Shown piece after piece: positions 38,270 through 50,255 of a DNA stretch of 64,000 nucleotides. The notes beneath the pieces were generated by a model. It saw nothing but the letters and a program-made list of their open reading frames with translations. It had not been told where the DNA came from and searched no databases. The DNA is from Azolla caroliniana (Eukaryota > Plantae > Polypodiophyta). The stretch covers positions 4,588,001-4,652,000 of the forward strand of contig JBHGNT010000004.1 of assembly GCA_043228905.1 (NCBI GenBank), read 5' to 3'. Both the position numbers and the translations under genes were made by a program. Numbering within the stretch: the first letter of the stretch is position 1; every line of letters begins with the position of its first letter.

Positions 38270-40802
38270 CATATGAGCTCAACCTTCTATCTTTTCTCTT
38301 AGTATGACACTCAAGTCATCGCCCCCTCTTAATATATCATCATAGCTTTCATGAATTGCATTATACGCAAAGGCATGTAAAAAGTAAGTGATACTCATCC
38401 TTTACTAGCCCTTCATTGCATACCTTACATGCCTTTGCATTTGATTGATTTTGATGTAATAATGAAACTTCAATACCTATGTTATGTGATTAAGTGCAAA
38501 GGAGTGTTAGGGCTTTACAAGAGTTAATACTCATGTTAGTAATGAGGTATGGTTGAATACGATCAATAGGTCTTCTTTCCTTATTTAGAACCCAACATTC
38601 AAGATTGATGTTTGCTATGTAATATTCTAATTTTGTCCTTTAGCATCTTTCCATTTCTTCCTTAGTGATTACATTAATCTTTCCTCAATAACTACATATT
38701 TCATAGCATCACTTGAAAGCTCTAAGAGATCTTCCACATCCCATCGTTTGAACCATTTTTTTATGTCAACTACCCAACTAAATGAGACAAATTTCCTCTT
38801 GTGATTCTTTTGTAGTTTACATCCAACATTCCAAGCAAGATGTAATAATCTACGATTTGGCATATTCTTGACTTCTGTAATGTATCTATATATTCTTTGT
38901 AGTGCCAATATCTTTGTAAGTTGAACACCTAATTCCAAGAACATAACTTTAACATCCAATTTTCTCCTTAAAATCATCTTTTGAATCTTCTCAATATCAT
39001 TCCATGCATTAAGAGAGATAGTTCTTCCCTACACTTCTACTCTATAAAGCAAAACTTGTGTTACCATGGCATTAAAGAACATTAGTTTCACTTCCCATCC
39101 ATGATTACCAGTCTGGTTGCATTTATTTTCAAACATATAATAACTTTTCCAAAAGGCTTGAAGTCTAGACTCAAAGCATACACTCCATTTATTTGTGGCA
39201 AGTACATCGATACCAAGATACTTAAAGCTTTATACAAATTGTACATGTTCTCTCTTATATGTAAGCACAGGGTATCGGTGAGGCTGGATGGTTTGCACTA
39301 CCATCATTTTTGTTTTATCCACATTTACAATTAGTCCACTACTTTGGCAAAATGCTTCTAATGCTCCAAGTAAACATTGCATAATATCAACATCATATGA
39401 AACGATAACCATGTCATTTGCATATAGAAGTAATAAGATAACTTGTTGCATAAGCTTTGGGCCATCTAATCCTTCTTCTTGTGCAACCCTATTCACCACC
39501 TCATCTAATTTATCATTGCATAAACCAAACAGTGCAGGTGATAATGGACATCTTTGCTTAACCTCCATGTTACTTAAAAATTTGCTTTTGGTCATGTTCA
39601 AACTCTTTCCAAGTGAAGTTAGGGATGCTACAATCCATACTTCCACCCCATAGAGAAGCACCTGTGTCACCAAAGTGTGGAAAATATATTTCTTGGGGAC
39701 TCGACACTTAAATTTCCCATGATTGCATGTGTTCTCAAAAGCATAATATGTTCTCTTTCTCGTTTCTAGACATCAAGTAGCACATTCATTCCATCTATGA
39801 TTTGAAGGAATGTCAAGGCCAATTTATTGAAAGTTTTCCACGGTTCAAGTCTCTCATTATTGTACATAATGTACAAATTGTCCTTATTTTGGCTCGTCAT
39901 AAGCATCTCCTTTGTTTTAGACCTATTGAACTCAACTCTATATACACACAAAACTCTTCCAATGCCTCATAAATAAGCTTTAGTGCATCCCCCAAAGTAT
40001 TTGTAAAAAGTACCACATCATTTGCATACAACAAAAGCATCATGACTACATTCCCAATGACAATTCTTCTTCCTTGACAAATTTGGCAATCATTTAATGT
40101 AATTTATTAATGCATGGATCAAATCAAGTTGGTGAGAGTGTGCATCCTTGGTTAACACCAATAGTGCTATTGAAAAAATCTAAAATTTCATCACCCATAT
40201 ACACCCAACATATAAAATTCTCATAGATTCAAGCAATTGCTCGCATTCACTTGGCACCGGAGTTCCTCCATGCACCTCAAAAGATCCTCATGAGGTATCA
40301 TATCAAAAGTTTTTTGCGACCTACAAAGAAACAATATAAACCCTTACATCTCAAATAACTTTTTTCATTAATACTTGAAAGGTAACAAGGCGATCAATGG
40401 TGCTATGGTGTTTTCTAATGCTAGCATGTCCATAAGTTCTCTTACCATTTTTTTGCAACCCATAGACTTCCCTTTGATTCAATTATACATCCAAACAATT
40501 TTGTCATTAATGATCTAACCATGATGGTTCATTAATTATTTCCCTTATTTATATCTCTACCTTTGTGAAGGCTTAATCAAAGTCTTAGAACATGCAATGT
40601 AGCAATGCATGATTAAACAATCACTTACCCTAGCATGTGCCTCTTTTCCCTTCCATTTGATCATTTTGGTCTTTATACATTGACGATCACTTGTCTTTCA
40701 AGAGGCTAATTTCTTAATATCTATGCATACATCTTCAATCAAGATGCATATGTGAAAGAGAACCATAATACATCATCTTGTTGACAATGGATACCTCATA
40801 TA
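38270..40802 (-). mobile_element. Two nested or fused decayed non-L1 LINE copies (RTEX/L2-group-like)
   Basis: Two RT cores: GVNQGCTLSP...LLYAND (about 40000-40170) and VKQRCPLSPALFGL...LLYAND (39230-39590). QVLLYGVEVW-type motif occurs twice. 3' DEYHLLFTC zinc-like motif near 38370-38400. Confidence 0.7.
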
Positions 40803-40807
40803 GATTC

Positions 40808-43586
40808 TGTCACAAACACACCAAGCGCAGACTAAGACGAAACACGGATGCGACTATGAGTGACGAGGCTACGACCAATATGAAATGAAGAACATGAGAG
40901 CATGAATACAAAGACGTAGAATGAGACAAGATGGAATGATTCAAGAATATTGGATTGATGTGTCAATGACTGGTGTTGAATCCCAAAGGGACCAAGGAGG
41001 TTACAAGTATTTATACTATGAGTTGAAGTACATTAGAATATTATTGAGAATATTTTGGAGAATATTCTAGAACCCTCTAGACCCTTTTAGTTCTAGAATT
41101 TTCTAAATACTCCTAGAACATAAATAGATAATCTATGAACATATACATAATACAACTATGTCATTGGATATGTTGGTTACAATATAACACTTGACTATAA
41201 TGCAAGAGGTCAAGAGTTCAAATCTTGACATAACCGTTGTCATGTTTGTGACATTATCCTCCCCTTTACGGCCGCCTTTTCGAAACCACGGTTTAGGGGG
41301 TGAATGGGAAGTGGTGGGTGTGAGAAACCATGTGTTGTCCTCACTAGAAACACGAACACCAACATACGCGAGTGACCATGTGTGGTCCTCACCGGGAATT
41401 GGAACTAGAACACGAACGGGTGTGAAAGACCATGTCTAATCTTCATCGGGAACTGGAACTGGAACACAAACAGGCGTGAGTGATCATGTGCGGTCCTCAC
41501 CGAGAACTGGAACTAGAACACGAATACCAACGGGCATGAGCAAACCTTCTGCGGCCCTCACCAGGAATTGGAACACCCACGAGTGTGAGCGACCATCTGC
41601 AGCCCTCATCAAGAACACGAACACAAATGGACGTGGGCGACCATGCGGTCCACACCGAGAACTAAAACTGGAACATGAACGGGCGTGACCGACCATGTGC
41701 AGTCCTCATCGGGAACTGGAACATGAATACCAATCAGCGTGAATGACCATGTGCAATCCTCATGGAGAATACAAACACGAACAGGCATGAGAGACCATGT
41801 CGGTCCTCGTCGAGTGTTGGAACACGAACACCAACGGGCGTGAGCGACCATGTGTGGTCCTCATCAGGAGCTGGAACATGAATAGCAGCATGCATGAGCA
41901 ACCATGTTAGTCCTCGTCAGGATCTGAAACACGAACAATAGCTGGAGTGAGCGACCATGTGCAATCCTCACAGGGAACACGAACACCAACGGGCATGAGA
42001 GACCATGTCAGTCCTCGCCGAGGGTTGGAACACGAACAACAACGGGCATGAGCGACCATGTCGGTCCTCACCGGGATCTGGAACACGAACAATAGCTGGA
42101 GTGAGCGACCATGTGCGGTCCTCATAGGGAACACGAATACCAACGGGCATGAGAGACCATGTCGGTCCTCGCCGAGGGTTGGAACACGAACACCAACGGG
42201 CGTGAGCGACCATGTGTTGTCCTCATTGGGAACTGGAACATGAACAACGGTAGGCATGAACGATCATGCGACCCTCACCGAGAACTGGAACATGAACAGA
42301 CATGAGAGACCATGCGGTCCTCACCAAGAACTGAACACGAACGGGCGTGAGCGACCATGCGGCCCTCACCGAGAACTGGAACACAAATGGATGTGAGCGA
42401 CCATGTGTGGCCCTCATTGGGAACTAGAACGTGAATGACCATGTGCGGTCCTCATTGAAAACACGAACGGACGTGAGCGACCTTGCGGCCCTCACCAAGA
42501 AGTGGAACACGAATGGGTGTGAGCGACCATGCGGCCCTCACTAAGAACTGGAACATGAACGGGCATGAACGACCATGTGGCCCTCACCGAGAACTAGAAC
42601 AACAATAGGCGAGGAGTGCAAGTGAAGCAGTCAACTCAACTTCTTCTATTATGAGAGGGTAAATAGTCAAGGTTGACCCAAGACACAACACAAACGGTAA
42701 CGCTAGCGAGAAACCCACGAGATCCCCACCAGGAAAGTGAGCGGTTGTGACCACCACCGAAACTAGAAGGTGAGAGATCGAAATCGGTCCTCGCCAACAA
42801 AAAGTGGTGCGAGACTTGAACTATAACGAAAATGTAGTGCAAGCGAGCAATGATCCGATCCCCACCAAGAAAGTGAGCAGTTGTGACCCCCACCGGAATT
42901 GGGAAGGTGAGCAATCAAAAGTAGTCCTCACCAAAACCGTGATGCAAAATGATACCTAAATATGATGACAAGTAGTGTTGATGATGACTATGGTTGGGCG
43001 AAGAGGTGTTGAAAATGATGGCGTCGAAGAAAAGGATGTTGATGACGGTAACTCCGAAAGCAAGGACGGTGATGATGGTAACTCTAGAAGCAAAGGCGAA
43101 GACGAAGACGAGTGGTGCTTCCAATTGGAGGGGATTCAAACTACCACAAACACACCAAGCGCGGACTAAGACAAAACACGGATGATGAGACTATGAGTAA
43201 TGAGGCTACTATATGAAATGAAGAACATGAGAGCATGAAGACAAAGACAAAGATTGAATGGATTAAGAATACTAGATTGATGTGTCAATGACTGGTGTTG
43301 AATCCCTTGAAAGGGAACAAGGAGGTTACAAGTATTTATATTGTGAGTTGAAGTACATGCATTAGAATATTCTTGAGAATATTTTGGAGAATATTCTAGA
43401 ACCCTCTAGAACCTTCTAGTTCTAGAACTTTCTAAAAACTCTTAGAACGTGAATAGATCATGATTCTATGAAGATATACATAACACGATTATGTACTTGA
43501 ATGTGTTGGTTACATTATAACACTTGACTATAATACAAGGGGTCAAGAGTTCAAATCTTGACATAATTGTTGTCATGTCTATGACA
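40808..43586 (-). mobile_element. Non-autonomous LTR retroelement with an internal tandem hairpin array
   Basis: LTRs 40808-41253 and 43142-43586. Perfect 5-bp TSD GATTC at 40803-40807 and 43587-43591. Minus-strand PPT AAAGGGGAGGATAA (41254-41267) and TATAAATA on minus. No coding domains. Confidence 0.93.
41318..42600. repeat. Tandem array of about 26 units of 38-62 bp, each with a palindromic core
   Basis: Consensus GTGAGCGACCATGTGCGGTCCTCACCGGGAACTGGAACACGAACACCAACGGGC, counted by hand. Confidence 0.92.
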
Positions 43587-43709
43587 GATTCTTACAATGC
43601 ATATAGACAAGTCCATAAAAGTTAAGAAATGATAACTCTCAACACCACAGATTCTTACAATGCATATAGACAAGTCCATAAGAGTTAAGACATGATAACT
43701 TTCAAAACC
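43587..43709. repeat. 63-bp tandem duplication abutting the LTR element TSD
   Basis: GATTCTTACAATGCATATAGACAAGTCCATAA... starts at 43587 and again at 43650. Confidence 0.85.
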
Positions 43710-43715
43710 TGTGTG

Positions 43716-43746
<31 letters not shown>

Positions 43747-44560
43747 GATTGACCCATGCGTGATATCGCGGTATTCGACATTTGTAATATTTGCGAATAT
43801 ATATACATATACATAGATTGACCCATGCGTGATATTCGCGGTATTCGACATCTGTAATATTCGTGATATTTGAGAATAGAAAATGTTCCTAAGAATATTA
43901 TAAAACCATTCGTTTACATATACATATACACACATACAAATACATATATACATATACACACACATACATCAATAATTAATTAACTCACTAATATAATAAT
44001 TAATTAACTCACTAATATAATAATTAATTTACAAATACATATCTTAATTCATTGAAAAATATTAGTTAATTAATTAATAATCAATTAATACATTAATAAT
44101 TAATTAATCAGGGCTTCGGCAAAACTTAGGGTTTCAGTGAAATCGTGAGTTTGCAACGGACAACAAGATGTAGGATTAGCGTAGAGCATGAGAGGGAGTT
44201 GAGGACGTAAGCCGAAAAGAAGAAATTTTGTCAAAATTAGAATTATGGCAGAAATTAGGGTTTTCAACCAAAACCCTAATTTTCTGGCCGAGAACAGCAT
44301 GCAGGGGGAGGGGAGGATGTAAGCAGCACACGGAGGGAGTAGGGTAAGGCTTCCTCTCTTGCTGCTAGTTGTTCATTGTTCACTCGCTCGCAGAAAAAAC
44401 ACAATTTATTATTATTATTATTTATTTATTTTTAAATTTGAAAAAAAGAAAGAAAACGAATACATTTACGTGTATTCGTATTCCTATTCATATACATTCG
44501 TGGGGCAGGCCCCAGGAATGCGAATATGTCAATGTATGTATGTATATATATATACATACA
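43716..44560. mobile_element. Possible non-autonomous DNA transposon embedded in TA/CATA microsatellite
   Basis: Imperfect inverted ends TATACATAGATTGAC / GTCAATGTATGTA, duplicated about 70-bp subterminal unit, internal AAACCCTA/TAGGGTTT motifs. Confidence 0.35.
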
Positions 44561-44799
44561 TTTTAAGAGCAAAGGTGGCCCATGAGACATTGGAATGCAA
44601 TAATGGGATATGTACCCAATGATTGAAAATAAAAATAAACAAACATAAATAAACAAGTTATTACATGGTACAAATTTATTATGGGGTGTAACATGTTCTA
44701 TAAAGGAATGGATATGTGTTAAGACTAGTTTCATTTCCATCTAAGTCTCTGATAAAGGAGTGGGGGTATTCAAGCTTTTGACGTGGGTGTGGTATCCGG

Positions 44800-45035
44800 A
44801 CCATAGCTTCTAAGCCTAAATTGGATTAAGAAACAATTTGGACAAATCGTTTAGCCTAACCGATTTGTAAACCAGTTTTGCCCAATCTGGTTCGGTTCAG
44901 CTTGAGCCTTGCCAAATTAAGCTCAAACCGGTTAACGAAGCTCAAGCTTGAATCGAGCCTAAATGAACCACCAAACCATTTTTAAATGGTTTAAAGGCTC
45001 AGTTTAGACTTGAGTTAAGTCGTTGCCGACTCCTA
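44800..45035. mobile_element. hAT-like MITE remnant (one terminus)
   Basis: AACCG/GGTTC/GAGCC-rich tract ending TTGCCGACTCCTA; partner TIR not found. Confidence 0.4.
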
Positions 45036-45039
45036 GTAA

Positions 45040-46000
45040 GAACCTATCTAGATTTTTTGGACATATAATAAAACCCAACTTAGAGAAATGCATGAGATGT
45101 TCCTTATAGTAAACATTTTAGATGGGAGTGGATCTCGTGGGTTGATCCATGTATGTCAAATATAAATTTGTCATAATTCTTGGCATATCACTTTTTTTGT
45201 TCCCCATGAGAGATTAAAGTTTTATCTATCTCTTGGTTGTACCTAAGAGGAGGTAGATTATTAATGTCTAGAACATTTTTGAAAAGCCAACTTATTACAG
45301 TACTATACCGGGAGCTAGTATCTCTAGACTCATAGAGTGTTTGAGATGCATTGAAAGCTTGGTGAGAGATCCTTTCTTGTGGTTGGCTATGTATCCTATT
45401 AATAAAAACTACTAGCATCGGGGGTGGAGTGAACTATGCCCTAATGGTTGCATGTGGCATTGTTGATTTGCTTTGGATTTGGCATGATAGCATCGTGACC
45501 AATGGCCTCTGTAATTGCGACCACATAAAAGGTGATGGCCCTAGACCCAAAATTATCACAACATATATGAGGGAAAGGGTCACTAATGAGTCAAAGAGCC
45601 CTTTGTTCATGGCTCTTGGAAGTATGTGTGGTGGCATTGTCTCTCTAAGAGTGAGAGGAACACGTATCCTCTTGTTAGTCTATCTTTGGTTGCATGTGTC
45701 ATAATTTTTTTTCCTAATTGAGCACTAAAAGTGACTCCACGATGTACATATGATTAGACTACTTCAACTTGTCGATTAGAGAGCGTTAGGGTACATTTAG
45801 TCCTAACCCCAACATATGTGTAGAAGGTAAGGGCTTTCATTTTCCCCAGATTCACCATCAATCCTCTTTGTGTCCAAAAGCCATCTAAGGCGTTAAGGTA
45901 AACTTATATAGGTCATTTTTAGACTCGAAGAGTAAATTTATATTGTCTCCATAAAGTAGGATATTGACTTGTGTACCCCCTAAGTCAACTCCAATAAAGG
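45040..46000 (-). mobile_element. Decayed LINE fragment related to the 38.3-40.8 kb type
   Basis: FINRIHSQPQERISHQAF...Y.TVISW (45188-45418) resembles the post-RT region at 38669-38977; YLGV-like remnant near 45970-45990. Confidence 0.45.
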
Positions 46001-48656
46001 GGTTTTGTGTGTATGTGTGTATGTATACATGTATGTATGTATAAACCATATATTGTACGAGAGAGAGAGAGCCTCTGATAAAGGTTGGGATCGTGCTTTA
46101 GTTATGGTTATCTAGAGAGAGGAGATACGACACAAACCACCTTAGAACAAAAATAAGGAAGGGGACTTTGGCACTAATCATCAGGTTCTATATTATGTTG
46201 TTTGGCATTGTGTTCTAGTCTAAAACAATGCTAAAAAATTGTAGGTCATGTTTAGTGTGGCCCGTCTATTGTAATGTTTGGTACCGATATTTATTTAGTA
46301 CTATTATTGGTTGTATACATACCTCAATATGATGAATAGAGTTTGGAGAGGAGTTGAAATTGCTACCTTAGTCAATTATCTCAACACTAAGTTATTAATT
46401 ATGGATGTTTGTAGATTTAACGTTATGATGAATCTAGATGATGGGCAAGATCTATTGCAATATATGTTAGCTAAACATTTTGGGGAAATAATGCAAGGTC
46501 AAATGGCTTATTTGAGTTCATTCATAGAAAAACTAATTGTGTTCATGTTCATGCAAAGGGTGGCCTTTCTCATGATATTCTACATTACACAATCGTTTTT
46601 ATATTTAATAAAAGAACAAAAGATTGACATTGTTGACTCCTAAGTCCTAACACATAGTATACATTGTGTGTCCTCATCCTTCCCATTTACATTGACAATT
46701 GTAATTATTTTTTTGATGATGGAAAGTGTTTATAGCAAATTGCCACATACATTATGTGGAATGCTATATAATTTCTATCGTGTCACAAGACAAGTATTTG
46801 TATACAAAGTTATGCTCAAATATAGGAAGCAGTTCTGAAGGAAATGAAACAATAAAGAGGCCTCAGCCTTATTTACACATGAATACCTTTTGTTTTAAGT
46901 TTGGCTTAGTATAGCCCTTAACAAACTTAACGAGATTTCTTTATTCATGGCTTCAAATGCATTTTCCCTTTATACTTTGGATTCCCCTCCCTATGTGACC
47001 ATATATTTATTTGTTTGTAGCGGAAACTCACTCAATGCCAATTGGTCTTTTAGAACGGTAAAGGGAGGGAAACCAAACACATTCAAGATGGAAAATGAAG
47101 ACATCTGATTTGTATGCACATCCAATGATCTACCTTTTTCATTTTCTATATACATATCATGTGAAGCATTAAATGCCTTTGCTCGTTACTACATACCCAT
47201 AAAAGTTGAGTGGGGTCATTGCTTAGGGAGTGGTTGTTAAAATGAGAAAGATGATGTAAGAATAAAGGGTAGAGAGAAAACTCTCATGAATGGCAAGGAA
47301 TGGATTATAGAGTATGAATTCTTATATTAGATTGACACTGGAAACCATCTTTCAAAGTTAGACAAGATGGCATTTCATCGGTAATGCAAGATCAAACACT
47401 GTGTCCCAAGGAATTAAACGTTGCTCGAGGGAATGTCGTCCACACTTCTATAAGTATTTGAAAATTGTTTAGTACGGTAAGACTCGAGACAAAGTAAATT
47501 AATAAATCAATAAAAAATATTAAAACCTCCAAATGTGCCATCCACTGATTTCAAGATTGTAAATCATATTTTATGAGTTCCTAGTCATACTCACATTTAG
47601 TGATTTAGTTGAAGTCCTTAGTAGCAACCTTTTTTCCCATGTTGGTCAAAGTGAACAAGGGTTCTAAATCTTTAGAACGGAGAACTCTTCATTCCCTTAG
47701 ACTTTTGAGTTCAAATGATTTATGTTTCTTTGAAAATGTGTTTCACAAAATGCATAGCATAGTTACCTCTTCTATTTTGTGGCTCAAGAACGCAACTCCT
47801 AGCAAAAAAGTCACGTCTTTAAATGAAACAAAACATAATGTATGGTCCTTGTAAATTTTATGTGGTTGTCCTAACTCGTAACTTATAATCATATTGAAAT
47901 TCTATTATAACATTTATAGTCAAACTTGAGCAAGTCTTACATAAGGACTTGTGGTTGAGGTTTCGACAAGGTCACATGACATCATTATTGTCTATTATTA
48001 GGCATGTGATTTCTAACAACAGGTTGAGTAAAATGTTCTACTTGAAACTTGTGAGGAATACTTTTATATGATTAGTAGGTCATAAACTAGAAATGACTTC
48101 CTTGCACTAGTTTAAGACATGCATTCTATTGGCTAGAAGGGGAAGAACTAGTAACTATTCTCATGAATTGCCCTTGACTTTACCAATATTTTGTAGTGTA
48201 GTCTTTAATTCTTTGGATGGGGTTCTGATTTAGGACAAAAACTGGCAGGTTCTTTATTGGAACTTGTCACGTATTGCTTTATGAGTAGAATTTGGAATAG
48301 AAAATTTAGGGGAAATTATAGAATTTGTTGAGGTCGGAGCATCTTCCTTAGGGTTTTTCCTCCTCTAAGATTTCAAATGGGATTTACACACTTAGGTTGG
48401 TTAACAAACGAAAGATGAATTGAAATAGAGTTTCATTTCTCATTAGAACCAAGGGAAACTTGATTGTTTAGATGCTCCCCTAAACCTACGAAAATTGGTT
48501 GAAACTAATTATTAGTTGATTAATAGTTTTATTAAACCACGATATAAGGTAACTACAAAGTAATCAATAGGGTTGGGTTGGTGAGGAGCACGTCTAGAGA
48601 GGGTGGGGGTGGGTCGGGACGTTTTGTAATTTACCGTGGACATGGTTTATTGTCCA

Positions 48657-49100
48657 TATGTATGTATGTATGTATGTTACATGTAATAATGTATGTATGT
48701 ATGTATGTATGTATGTATGTAGTTTGATCTGAACATCCCTGGCGATACGGCAGTGAAGGTACCATTAATTGGGGTTTGCGGGGCCTACATCTTATTGAGA
48801 GCTGACATACATACATTCTTACAGAGGCAACATACATACATACATACATAACATGCATACATACATACATAACATACATACATGCATACATACACATAGC
48901 ATACATACATAACATACATACATACATGCATACATACACATAGCATACATACATAACATGCATACATGCATACATACATGAATACATACATACATGAATA
49001 CATACATAGCATACATACATACATACATAACATGCATACATACATAACATACATACATGCATACATACATACATAACATACATACATAGCATACATACAT
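48657..49100. repeat. Degenerate (TATG)n and (CATA)n microsatellite blocks in opposite orientation
   Basis: (TATG)n at 48657-48721, unique spacer, (CATA)n-derived tract at about 48826-49100. Confidence 0.9.
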
Positions 49101-49397
49101 TCTGCCTTCTTTTTTTTTTAACTTACTCCTCTGTCCACCCCACATCATTAAAACCCATTCATTCTCTCTGTCTTCTCTGTATCTCTCTGTCACAATATTA
49201 TTTCTGTCTGTGTTACACAGTAAGCTCCCCTTGTTTTGGCTGTTCCATCTTTCTCTTCTCCTCCCCCCTCCCCTTCCTTTCTCCTGCTAATCTGTCTAAA
49301 TCTTCCATATCTAGCTGCTGTAGCTTAAGCTTAGTAGCATTACTAACACCTTTGTCTCTGTCTCTGTCTCTGGCATTCATCCATTCGTTTGAGAGCT

Positions 49398-50255
49398 ATG
49401 GCGTCCTCCACCTCCACCTCCTCCTCCTGCTCCATCCTCCTCCTCCTTGCCTTCCTTCTTCTTCTCTCCTCGGCTAGCTTCTCTCTTCATCCCTCTGCTC
49501 TATTTGCAGCAGAAGCAGCATCGACACCATCATCAGTAACAACAACAACAGCAGCAGCAGCAGATTGCACGAGCATTGTGACGGCGCTCTCCGCATGCGC
49601 ATCGGCACTCACCTCCTCAGCGGCGGCTCCAGACGCCAGTTGCTGCAATCCCCTGCAATCCGTGATCACCAACACCACCAAGCTCTCCTGCCTCTGCTCC
49701 TACCTCCAAAACTCTGCCTACACCTCCACAATCCAGTCCGCGCTCAAGCTCCCTGCTGAGTGCAAGCTCTCCATTGTTGTTAGCCAAGATAACTGCACCT
49801 CCACCTCCACCTCCACCCCCTCCACTAGTACTGGTAAACTCCCCCCCCCCCCCCCCCCCCATTTACACCATTCCCCGTTCCTGTTTTAGATCTGCTGTTC
49901 CACTTTCCCCCATCTTTAACGCTGCCTAAGTTTTAACCCCATTTTTCTTTTCTGTCTCTGTTAATGCCAGGTTCTACTCCTTCCACCCCCACCCCTGCTA
50001 CAGGTACAGGTAAACACTTACAATCATCACTTTCTTTTTGTATCTCTTTCTCTGATTCTCTCTCCCACCCCTCCCATTATTCAACGCTGGCTAAAGATCG
50101 CTCACGTCTTTCTTGTTTTCTTTCTTTCTTTCTGTTTTTTTTCTGTTTTAATGACAGGTTCCCCGAACATGGATTCTAATTCCGCCGTCCCCGCTTTCTC
50201 TATTCGCAACTTTCCCCTGTTCGCTCTCTTGATCATGGTTGCGTTTCTCATGTAA
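49398..50255 (+). CDS. GPI-anchored non-specific lipid transfer protein (type G / xylogen-like), 190 aa; exons 49398-49833, 49971-50009, 50158-50255
   Basis: Hydrophobic signal peptide, 8-Cys motif C..C..CC..CLC..C..C, Ser/Thr/Pro-rich linker, hydrophobic C-terminal tail (FPLFALLIMVAFLM*). GT-AG introns in phase (573 nt). Confidence 0.92.

Noticed and set aside
41318-42600. CRISPR-like appearance (palindromic repeat plus variable spacer)
   Set aside because: Spacers are homologous to each other and built from the same hexamers, repeats are degenerate, no cas genes are present, and the array lies inside a plant LTR element.
41318-42600. Hammerhead ribozyme / retrozyme array (minus strand has CTGATGAG-GACC..GGTC in one unit)
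   Set aside because: The required GAAA after stem II is absent (GCTCAC instead) and most units lack CUGANGA.
46311-46643. 110-aa ORF as a transposase or gene
   Set aside because: No recognisable motif, no ATG start and no supporting splice or TIR structure.
48631-49193. Cys/Met/Tyr/Val-rich ORFs
   Set aside because: Translations of (TATG)n microsatellite.
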